DNA of 64,000 nt from Nitrososphaerales archaeon (lineage in GTDB: Archaea; Thermoproteota; Nitrososphaeria; Nitrososphaerales; Gagatemarchaeaceae). The stretch is from positions 1,898-65,897 of the forward strand of contig DASPVF010000045.1 of the NCBI GenBank assembly GCA_035622475.1. Direction: 5' to 3'. Under the pieces are notes generated by a model. That model saw only the letters and a list, made by a program, of their open reading frames with translations. It did not search any database and was not told the DNA's origin. This document shows, piece after piece, positions 53,750 through 61,993 of the stretch (positions are counted from its first letter, which is position 1; the number at the start of each line of letters is the position of its first letter). Both the position numbers and the translations under genes were made by a program.

Positions 53750-54769
53750 TTACTTCGACCTTCCGTTGGGCGTGACGACAAGCTTGATTCCCTCCCCCTT
53801 CTCCATGGAGGACAATGCGTCTGCAGTGCGTTCAAGGTCATAGATATGCGTAATCAGCGTCTTGACATCTACCCTCCCTTCGTCTAACAGTCTGGTTGCC
53901 TCTTGAAGGTCGGCTCGCGTCTTGTCGTAGCTCCCGATGACTGAAACTTCCACGCTGTGGACGAGATTGGGATCGACTGCCACGTCTGCAGGAGGGCTTG
54001 TGGATGCGAAAAGGTTGACCGTTCCCATCGGCCCGACCATATGTAATCCTTTTTCGATTACTTGTTTGTTTCCGATTGCGACAATCACGGCATCGGCACC
54101 ATCTCCAGCTGTCAGTTCCCTGACTCTGGCGACGGGATCAGCAACCGATGAATCAACGATGTGTTCCGCCCCAAGCTTTTCGGCGACGACGAGCCGATCG
54201 CTCCTTACATCAATTACGATTGTCTTCGCCCCTAAAATTCGGGCGACCTGGAGGAGCATCAGTCCTATCTGCCCTGCCCCGATGATCGCCACCCTGTCTC
54301 CAGCCTTCACACCAGAGTTCCTGATCCCGTTGAGGACGCAAGAAAGCGGCTCTGCCAATGAAGCCTCTTCAAAACTCGCATGGTAGAACTTGTTCATCCA
54401 GATCTCGTTCCCCGCAGAGAACTGAGCCAGTGATCCGTCGACCACATTCTTCCTCCTTTTGCAGAGATTCTCTCGGCCGGCCAAGCAGGGTCTGCAATAG
54501 CCGCACCTGGTGGTTGTGTCTCCCGCTACCATGTCTCCCGGTTTGAAACGCTCAACCTCGGCTCCTACCTTCACCACCTCTCCCGCAGGCTCGTGTCCAA
54601 GCACTGTAGGGGGTTTCTTCCAGGTGGCCAGACCGGTATACAGTCTGTAATCGTTAGGACATAGCCCGCATGCCATTACTCTGAACTCGATTTCGTGCGG
54701 ACCGATTTGAGGCTCAGGTATGTCCTTAATTTCGATTTTCTTGTATTCGGTCAGAACCGCGGCTTTCAA
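53750..54769 (-). CDS. zinc-dependent alcohol/polyol dehydrogenase (MDR family)
   Basis: GHEPAGEVV, the structural-Zn motif CGYCRPCLAGRENLC, and the Rossmann motif IIGAGQIGL. Confidence 0.9.
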   Translation of the reverse strand: MKAAVLTEYKKIEIKDIPEPQIGPHEIEFRVMACGLCPNDYRLYTGLATWKKPPTVLGHEPAGEVVKVGAEVERFKPGDMVAGDTTTRCGYCRPCLAGRENLCKRRKNVVDGSLAQFSAGNEIWMNKFYHASFEEASLAEPLSCVLNGIRNSGVKAGDRVAIIGAGQIGLMLLQVARILGAKTIVIDVRSDRLVVAEKLGAEHIVDSSVADPVARVRELTAGDGADAVIVAIGNKQVIEKGLHMVGPMGTVNLFASTSPPADVAVDPNLVHSVEVSVIGSYDKTRADLQEATRLLDEGRVDVKTLITHIYDLERTADALSSMEKGEGIKLVVTPNGRSK

Positions 54770-54862
54770 TGGGAATTTTGTCTCATGTTGTTATTTAAGG
54801 CTGGAATGCCTTTATCAATTCTGGAAAGAGCGTCCTCTGCCCTGCTTCGAGTGTGAAGGTCG

Positions 54863-56254
54863 TTGCCTAAAGCAAGAATCCTGGCAATTGATTTGGGTAC
54901 GACAAGATGCAAAGTTGGAATCGTGGGCTCGGAGGGGGAAATCGTCTCGATGGCTTCCAGAGAGCTCCGGTTGGAGAGACTGAGTGATGGAAAAATCGAG
55001 AGCACCGAACAAGATTGGCATTCGGCCATATTTGCGTGCATTCGGGAAGTGGTGAAGAAGGAAAGCTCGAAGCGAATTTCGATGGTCAGTGTGACGGCCC
55101 AAACCGCTTGTCCTATTTGCTTCGACAAGACGAACCTTCCAGTGGGGCCGATCATCTCGCATCTCGACACGAGGGCCGCCGCTCAACTCCAGAAAGCCAC
55201 CAGCACCTTCCCTGATTCGTATGTAGCAGCGAAACTCCTGGGAAACCTAGGCTGGATACGAGACGAGGACCCCGATGCCTTCGATAGAATCGTGGAGGTC
55301 TGTGACGTGGGAGAGTATGTCGGGAGACTTCTGACCGGAAGGTTGACTCGTGACTCAACTTGGCTACCGAAGGAACGCGTACGAACTATGGCCAAATTAC
55401 TTGGAATGGAGGAAAACGTCTTCGGGACCGAGCACGACAACTCCAAGCCCATCGGCGAAGTCACAAGGGTGGCATCCGAATCCTGTGGGTTGCAACCTGG
55501 CACGCCCGTCTTGATCTCGCCCTTTGATGGGATGTCGTGCGTCGTGGGTTCCGGGTTAGTTCGTCCGAACATTCTAGCGGAAGTAGCTGGAACCACAGAA
55601 GTCGTAGCTGCCGTTACCCGGCGGGAGTTGTCGACAACGAGCCATGTGATTCCAGGGCTTCGACTCTTCTATACGTCTCCTCCGCTGGGATTTCCATACG
55701 ACTGGTTCAGGAAGATACTCTATGCAGGAGGGAAGAGCGATAAACAACACGCCTCCATCGAGCAGGAAGTGGCTTCGATACCGGGTGGGCCGGGCAGCCT
55801 CCTGTTCGTGCCAAGCTTCTCGAGTGTGAATTTCAGCTGGAAGGTCAGCGGTAAACTGCTCAACATCGAATTCGGCAATGGGCGAAGCTATGTCCTGAAG
55901 GCTGTAATGGAAGGCATCACAATGAGCGTACGAACAATCATCGACACTCTTCGGGACCGGGGGGTGACGGTTCAGTCGGTCCGGATGAGCGGCGGGGGGT
56001 CAAGAAACGACGCTTGGAACAGAATCAGGGCGGATGTATACGGAGTACCAATCGAAATCCTTCAAACCTCAGAAACAGGCTGCCTCGGTGCGGCGGTGTT
56101 CGCAGCCGTGTCACTCGGTCTGTACCCAAGTCTGAGGGAAGCCTCAGAGATGATGGTTCATGTATCTCGCACCTTCAGACCAAACCATTCGCGCGTCGAG
56201 GCGTACGGGAAAATGTATCAACGTTTCAAGGCCGCGAATACCTCAGAGAGTTGA
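54863..56254 (+). CDS. FGGY family carbohydrate kinase (xylulokinase-like)
   Basis: The LAIDLGTTRCKVGIV phosphate-1 motif, and a C-terminal SGGGSRNDAWNRIRADV...ETGCLGAA. TTG start. Confidence 0.88.
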   Translation: MPKARILAIDLGTTRCKVGIVGSEGEIVSMASRELRLERLSDGKIESTEQDWHSAIFACIREVVKKESSKRISMVSVTAQTACPICFDKTNLPVGPIISHLDTRAAAQLQKATSTFPDSYVAAKLLGNLGWIRDEDPDAFDRIVEVCDVGEYVGRLLTGRLTRDSTWLPKERVRTMAKLLGMEENVFGTEHDNSKPIGEVTRVASESCGLQPGTPVLISPFDGMSCVVGSGLVRPNILAEVAGTTEVVAAVTRRELSTTSHVIPGLRLFYTSPPLGFPYDWFRKILYAGGKSDKQHASIEQEVASIPGGPGSLLFVPSFSSVNFSWKVSGKLLNIEFGNGRSYVLKAVMEGITMSVRTIIDTLRDRGVTVQSVRMSGGGSRNDAWNRIRADVYGVPIEILQTSETGCLGAAVFAAVSLGLYPSLREASEMMVHVSRTFRPNHSRVEAYGKMYQRFKAANTSES

Positions 56255-56263
56255 ACGCAGGGG

Positions 56264-56434
56264 ATGGTCAAAGAAAGTTACGCGACAGTCCTAGGACAGA
56301 AGCTGTTCTACAAGGTCTTAGGCGAACCCCAGAAAGGGACCATCAGGTGCCTGCAGGGCGGGCCTGGCGCAACTCATGACTATCTTCTGCCCCTCGTCGA
56401 CTTCGTCGAATCGACGAGGAAAGCTAAAAGCTGA
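56264..56434 (+). pseudogene. N-terminal remnant of a proline iminopeptidase-like alpha/beta hydrolase (56 codons)
   Basis: MVKESYATVLGQKLFYKVLGEPQKGTIRCLQGGPGATHDYLLPLVDF matches the N-terminus and GGPG..HDYLL motif of prolyl aminopeptidases as I recall them. The reading frame stops at 56432-56434, and no continuation exists in any frame. Confidence 0.4.
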
Positions 56435-56460
56435 GAAAGCAACGAACCAAGGCTCGGACC

Positions 56461-57903
56461 ATGACAGTCTATGTCTATCTCTGGTTCGACATAGAAGACT
56501 ATGTCACAAGAGAATCGGATGGCTTGGTTCTCACGGCATTGGAGATCTTACGGAAGTACAGGATTCCCGTCACATGCAAGGTGGTTGCCGAGAAGGCGAG
56601 AGCTCTTCTAGCGAACGGGAGGAACGACGTGATAGAGGCGATTTCTGAGTGCGACGTCGGCTACCACCTCAACACGCACAGCAGACACCCTACGCCATAC
56701 GAATACATGATCAATGAGAACGTTATAGAGGGAGCTGCCGACTTCTACACCAGAGAAAAGGGCGGGTTGGAACTTGTCAAGCGCACGTTCAAAACGAACC
56801 CGTCCTGTTTCGGTCACCCAGGCAAAGAGTGGGCGCCGCATTACTATCCGGCACTCAAGAGGATGGGAATACCGGTGTATCTGGACGAGACTGCAATCTT
56901 CAACGTAGGCAACACCCCCTACTGGTACTGTGGAGTCCTGAACCTGAACAGTGGGACCGAGAACTTCATCCTCTTCGACCGCACCTTTGAGGACCCGGAA
57001 GGCATAATCAAGGTCGAGGCCCGGTTCAAGAGAATGCATGACGACATGAAGGGGAGCGGAGGGCTGGTGAGCATACTCTTCCACCTGCACACTACCATCA
57101 ACAAGAAATTCTGGGACGACGTAAACTTCGGCAAAGGGAAGAATCGGAGCCCCAAGGAGTATGTCCGTCCTCCGCCACAGCCAGCGTATGTTACAGAGCG
57201 GGCCTGGAAGGACTTCGATGAGTTCATGAGATACTTGTCGTCCTTCGAAGATGTCCGTTTCATCACCGCGCGGGATGCAGAGACGATGTACAAACGCGCT
57301 GACGCTGTCGAAGTGCACCCTGGGGAGCTGAGGGCGCTGGCCGAGGGCTCTAGTAGGAAGATAGACTGCGTTCTATACGAGGGGAATTCTTTCTCCCCTG
57401 CACAGGCGTTCTACGCCGTTGCCAAAGCTCTGAAAGAATACCGGGAGTCTGGGAACATTCCGCCCCGGTTAAGAATCAAAGAACCCCTTGGTCCAATGGA
57501 ATGGTCGGAATCGAAGATTGACGCGGGGACTAGGATTCCAAAGGAGCAGCTTCTTGCGGCCTGCGCTAGGGCCGTGGATTTCATCGATGCCAGGGGTTAC
57601 ATGCCTGCGTCGCTGAGATTGTCAAGGGGCGTATGGGTAGCCCCCGCAGACTTCCTTTCAACCGCTGGCTCGTGCCTTTCCAAACTGTTACGAACGGGAG
57701 TGATGCCTGCTAGAGTTCCCTTCGTCAAAGGCAAATTCCTGGCGACAAGACATGTCGACGAGGAAGGCTTCAGGATGGCGTGCAAATGGAACGTTCTCCC
57801 TCCTAGGTTCAGCGCTCCAAGAATCTTGGAACAGATCAAGCTACAAACCTGGACGCTTGTTCCCGCGGGGCCACCAATGGCCCCGAGGGCTCATCACGCC
57901 TAG
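56461..57903 (+). CDS. hypothetical protein, possibly polysaccharide-deacetylase-like
   Basis: 480 aa. The N-terminal YLWFDIEDY and HLNTHSRH are faintly CE4/deacetylase-like. No firm motif. Confidence 0.5.
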   Translation: MTVYVYLWFDIEDYVTRESDGLVLTALEILRKYRIPVTCKVVAEKARALLANGRNDVIEAISECDVGYHLNTHSRHPTPYEYMINENVIEGAADFYTREKGGLELVKRTFKTNPSCFGHPGKEWAPHYYPALKRMGIPVYLDETAIFNVGNTPYWYCGVLNLNSGTENFILFDRTFEDPEGIIKVEARFKRMHDDMKGSGGLVSILFHLHTTINKKFWDDVNFGKGKNRSPKEYVRPPPQPAYVTERAWKDFDEFMRYLSSFEDVRFITARDAETMYKRADAVEVHPGELRALAEGSSRKIDCVLYEGNSFSPAQAFYAVAKALKEYRESGNIPPRLRIKEPLGPMEWSESKIDAGTRIPKEQLLAACARAVDFIDARGYMPASLRLSRGVWVAPADFLSTAGSCLSKLLRTGVMPARVPFVKGKFLATRHVDEEGFRMACKWNVLPPRFSAPRILEQIKLQTWTLVPAGPPMAPRAHHA

Positions 57904-57959
57904 AATGCCCTGGCTGTCGGAACGACTCCGTCGCATGTCATTTTGCTATCATGAGAACT

Positions 57960-59285
57960 CTAGCCGGCTGTGGGAGACCAGAGCCTTCTTGCTGCTTCCA
58001 ACCCTTTCCTGCGTGCTGCCGCCGCGTCAGCGCGAACCACCTTTCCTCCCTTTACCACGACTTCGCCATCGACCACTACGTCGCGCACGAACCTGCCGGA
58101 CCCATACACGACTAGTTGTGTCAGAGCGTTATCTTTCGTGATCGGTGTTGGGAACATGTTGTCCAAGACGACCAGATCGGCCTTGAGGCCGGGCCTGATT
58201 GCTCCCGCGCCCGTTCCGAGTATACCGGCACCTGCCTCTGTCGCCATCCGGAATACCTGAGATGCAGTCATCACGCTTGGGTCAGTGGACGCCGCCTTGT
58301 GGAGCAGCCAGGTTCCCCTCATCACTTCGAACATGTCAACCATGAATCCGTCGGTACCCAGACCAACCTGCAAACCCTGGTCCATCATCCGTGGGATGGG
58401 CGCTATGCCGCCACCGACTTCGCCGTTGCTTAGAGGCTGGTGCGAGACCTTCACTTTGTGCTTCACAAGAGTTTCGATTTCTTCTGATGTAGTCTGGACG
58501 CACTGGGATGCGATCACATCGGGACCCCAAAAGCCAAGGCTGTCGTAGACTTCGACTGGAAGCTTGTGATACGTCTCCTTCGTGTATTCAGCCTCGTAGG
58601 GACTCTCTTCAAGGTGGATGTGGATCCCCGCGCCGGTTCCATTGGCCTGCTTTCTGCACTCCTGAATGAAGGACGGGGAGCACGTGAAGGTCGTATGTAT
58701 GCAGTGCATCCCTCTTACCAGGCCGGCTCTTCTGTTCCTTTCAGCGATGAATGCAGTGTTCTCTTCCAAGCCTCGGCGACCGTTTTCTCTGCTCACTCGC
58801 TCGCTTGCTTCGAAGGATAGGACGGCCCTCATTCCCAATCGTTCGAGAACCCCGGCTTCGGCCTCAAGGGCCCCCGGGATCGTGTTGGGAGCCTCCAGGA
58901 TGTCTGCGACACACGTCGTGCCAGTCGTGAGCCTCTCAAGCGCACTCACTTCGACGGCCGCTTGTAACGCATCGAGGTCGAGTCTGTCCTCCACTCTTGG
59001 CCACCAGAAGTCTTCTAGGAAACCCCGGAACCCCCTGATTTCCAGGTTGACAGGGATGCCGTGGGCCAGGACGCCGTACATGTGGTCATGTGTGGAGACC
59101 AGACCAGGAATGATTATGCCGTCTCTAGTCACTATCTTTTCTCGTGCTTCGATGCCTGTGGGTGCGCCCTCCCCAATGGCTGCTATCTTTGAACCATTGA
59201 TTGCGACGAACCCGGGGGAGAGAGGCTTGCCCGTTGAGTCAGGGATGACCAGCTTTGCCACGAGAAGGAGGTCGAACTCAACCAA
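57960..59285 (-). CDS. amidohydrolase family protein (chlorohydrolase/SsnA/aminohydrolase-like)
   Basis: IIIPGLVSTHDHMYG (HxH metal motif), IHIHLEES, and GLGTDG. 441 aa. Confidence 0.85.
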   Translation of the reverse strand: MVEFDLLLVAKLVIPDSTGKPLSPGFVAINGSKIAAIGEGAPTGIEAREKIVTRDGIIIPGLVSTHDHMYGVLAHGIPVNLEIRGFRGFLEDFWWPRVEDRLDLDALQAAVEVSALERLTTGTTCVADILEAPNTIPGALEAEAGVLERLGMRAVLSFEASERVSRENGRRGLEENTAFIAERNRRAGLVRGMHCIHTTFTCSPSFIQECRKQANGTGAGIHIHLEESPYEAEYTKETYHKLPVEVYDSLGFWGPDVIASQCVQTTSEEIETLVKHKVKVSHQPLSNGEVGGGIAPIPRMMDQGLQVGLGTDGFMVDMFEVMRGTWLLHKAASTDPSVMTASQVFRMATEAGAGILGTGAGAIRPGLKADLVVLDNMFPTPITKDNALTQLVVYGSGRFVRDVVVDGEVVVKGGKVVRADAAAARRKGLEAARRLWSPTAG

Positions 59286-59512
59286 GCGACTCGAGCGCTG
59301 TAATTTTCTATTTATTCGTTTGGCGTTGGAGAATGGCTGATAGTCGAACGCTCGACCTCGATTTCGCTAAGAGACTTGCACTTTTCAGTTCAAAATGCTT
59401 ATACAGCTTAGCGGTCTCGAATTTATAATGGGACGAGAGAAGATTCCTAACCTCCTAGAATCTCGAGATCGACCCTCGGCGTCGGGCAAAGTTTCGAGGG
59501 AGTGAACTCGGA

Positions 59513-60499
59513 GTGGAACGTGTTGGACTATACTTCACAGCCAGTACGCCCCTAGCGGACGAGCTGCTATACGCCAGATTGGCAGAGCGCTTCGGATTCA
59601 GCAGCATATGGCAGGGTGAGACGAGGACAGAACGCGACTCCACCGTTTGCATCGCAGCAATGGCAACAGTAACCGACAGGGTGGGGCTTGGGACGGGCGT
59701 GCTGCACACCTGGACGCGCAACGTCGTCACTCTGGCAACAACATTCTCGACCTTAGACGAATTAAGCGGAGGGAGGGCCAGACTGGGGATTGGTGCGCTG
59801 TGGGAGCCCATGGCTTCTAAGATTGGTATAGAGAGGAAGAACCCGCTAAACGCTGTTCGAGAGTATGTCGAAGTCCTTAGATCGCTCTTCAGGGGAGATG
59901 AAGTGAATTTCAGCGGGCAGTTTGTAAAGGTGAACGGCATCCGACTAGAGAGAATCCCTCAGAGGGTTCCAGTCTACGTTGGGGCCACGGGGCCTAAGAT
60001 GGCCGAGCTTGCGGGAGAGGTCGCGGACGGCATCCTGCTGAACTACCTTGTTTCACCTGAATACAACCGCGAAACCCTCAAACATATTGAGACTGGCGCA
60101 AAGAAGGCGGGAAGGGCTCTGTCGGATGTAGACAGGCCACAGCTGCTAGCGGTATCATATTCGAGAGACCTGGAAAAGGCCCACCAGGGGGCAAGGGCGA
60201 TGGTGACCGAATACCTAGCGATGGAACCTCACATAGCAATTGCTTCGGGCGTGTCACAGAAGGTCGTAGACGAGGTCCGGGAGATCACCGGCGGCTGGCC
60301 GACTACCAAACAGAAGCTGGAACGAGCTAGCGCATTGATTGACGACCAGACAGCCAAGAAGTTGATGGCCGTAGGAGATGAAGAGGATTGTAGGAGGCAA
60401 ATCCTAGAATACGTAAGGGCTGGCTGTACCGAGCCTCTGTTGTTTGCTGTGACAGGAGAGGTACTCCCTCTCGTACACTCGTTCGGCGCCGAAAAATAG
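59513..60499 (+). CDS. LLM-class (luciferase-like) flavin/F420-dependent oxidoreductase
   Basis: GLYFTAS...AERFGFSSIWQGETR...LGTGVLHTW...RARLGIGA is typical of the TIM-barrel LLM family. GTG start. Confidence 0.8.
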   Translation: MERVGLYFTASTPLADELLYARLAERFGFSSIWQGETRTERDSTVCIAAMATVTDRVGLGTGVLHTWTRNVVTLATTFSTLDELSGGRARLGIGALWEPMASKIGIERKNPLNAVREYVEVLRSLFRGDEVNFSGQFVKVNGIRLERIPQRVPVYVGATGPKMAELAGEVADGILLNYLVSPEYNRETLKHIETGAKKAGRALSDVDRPQLLAVSYSRDLEKAHQGARAMVTEYLAMEPHIAIASGVSQKVVDEVREITGGWPTTKQKLERASALIDDQTAKKLMAVGDEEDCRRQILEYVRAGCTEPLLFAVTGEVLPLVHSFGAEK

Positions 60500-60656
60500 G
60501 CTTGAGCACAGAAGGCAGGAGTCTGGCGAGATGAGTTCGCCAACCATTTGCGAGAATCTCCAAAATTGTTCGCCAGAGGCAAACCCAGACCTCTGGAACC
60601 ACTCGGTTAGCGACAAGACACAAATATGCGAAGTCGACTCGCCGCAAGGAGTACGC

Positions 60657-61532
60657 TTGCACGAGCTCCCGGAATTTGATGTGTACGTCCCATCAAGTCT
60701 GGGAGAAGCGCTGACCTATCTCTCCGGAGAGGGCAGAGGCTCAAGACTTCTAGCGGGGGGGACATCACTGGTTCCCGAGATGCGAAAGACGGGCATCAGG
60801 GTCCGGAAGGTGGTTGACCTTTCAGGTCTGAGCGACCTCCATTACATCCGGCGGACACAGAACACGATCAGGATTGGAGGTTTGACCACAATCAGGGAAC
60901 TCACTGAGGAGAAAATCTTCGATGACAGGTACTGTTGTTTCAAGGAACTGGAACGTAGCTTTGGATTCGTGACAACCCGCAACATGGCAACCGTCGGAGG
61001 TAACCTTGCTGCAAGCGCGGAGGGCGACCTTGCTGAGATTCTCTTAGTTCTCGAGGGACGGGCAGTAATACGAAGTGCAAAGGGGGAGCGGGCGGTCGGA
61101 CCAACGAATCTCGGACTGGCAGATGGCGAGTTGATTGTCGAGGTTCAATTTGCCGATTTGAAGGGGCTCGTTTCGACATGGTTCAACAAGTTCGAGAAGA
61201 GGAACGAGGATGGCAAAGGGGGCATCGCGACGACGACCCTTTTGAAATTGAAGAATGATCGAAGTGTGGAAGACGTCCGGATTGCGGTTAGCAGGGCCAG
61301 GTGGAAGGAGACGGGGAGGGTGCGCCGGGCGGAATCGGAGCTGAGGGGTAAGATTGCAAACGCGGAGAACGTCGGTCGGGCTCTTGACAAGCTCGAATCC
61401 GAGATAGATCCCGCAGGAGACTACCGAGGGTCGTCCCGCTTTCGGAAGGAAGTCACCAAGGCGATGGTCAGGGAAGGGTTGGCGAAGTGCCTAGAGAAGC
61501 TCGATCGTGAGCGAGGGGAAAGCCAATGCTAG
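60657..61532 (+). CDS. molybdenum hydroxylase FAD-binding (medium) subunit, CoxM/XdhB-like
   Basis: (M)HELPEFDVYVPSSLGEALTYL...LLAGGTSLVPEM...ATVGGNLA. TTG 60657 gives the usual length of about 290 aa. The ORF-track ATG at 60531 adds a non-conserved-looking 42 aa. Confidence 0.82.
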   Translation: MHELPEFDVYVPSSLGEALTYLSGEGRGSRLLAGGTSLVPEMRKTGIRVRKVVDLSGLSDLHYIRRTQNTIRIGGLTTIRELTEEKIFDDRYCCFKELERSFGFVTTRNMATVGGNLAASAEGDLAEILLVLEGRAVIRSAKGERAVGPTNLGLADGELIVEVQFADLKGLVSTWFNKFEKRNEDGKGGIATTTLLKLKNDRSVEDVRIAVSRARWKETGRVRRAESELRGKIANAENVGRALDKLESEIDPAGDYRGSSRFRKEVTKAMVREGLAKCLEKLDRERGESQC

Positions 61533-61993
61533 TGAGACTCAGGGTGAACGGGCGCGACTTCAGAGTTGACGCGAAAGGGAATGAAAGGCTGTTGGACTCG
61601 TTGAGAAGGCTAGGAATGAAGAGCGTAAAGGAAGGGTGCAGCGTCGGGGATTGCGGTTCGTGCAATGTCATAGTCGACGGTAGGCTCGTGAATTCCTGCA
61701 TGATGCTTGCAATCCAAGCCCGCGGGTCGGAGGTGACCACCTGCGAGGGCCTTGGAAGTCTGGAGAGCCTGCAACCGCTACAGAAAGCATTCGTCGATGC
61801 CGGAGTCCCCCAGTGCGGCTATTGCATTCCCGGAGTTCTGATGACAGCCAAGTACTATCTGGACAATCATTCCAGACCAAGGGTAGAAGAGATCAGGGAC
61901 ATCTTAGAAGGGAACATATGCAGGTGCGGTGCATACACGAAGATTACGCAGGCCATATTGGCGGCGTCGAACCAGCCAAAACGAAGGCTATGA
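61526..61993 (+). CDS. molybdenum hydroxylase [2Fe-2S] small subunit, CoxS-like
   Basis: CSVGDCGSCNV and CGYCIPG...CRCGAY cluster motifs. The ATG overlaps the stop of the medium subunit. Confidence 0.92.
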   Translation: MLVRLRVNGRDFRVDAKGNERLLDSLRRLGMKSVKEGCSVGDCGSCNVIVDGRLVNSCMMLAIQARGSEVTTCEGLGSLESLQPLQKAFVDAGVPQCGYCIPGVLMTAKYYLDNHSRPRVEEIRDILEGNICRCGAYTKITQAILAASNQPKRRL

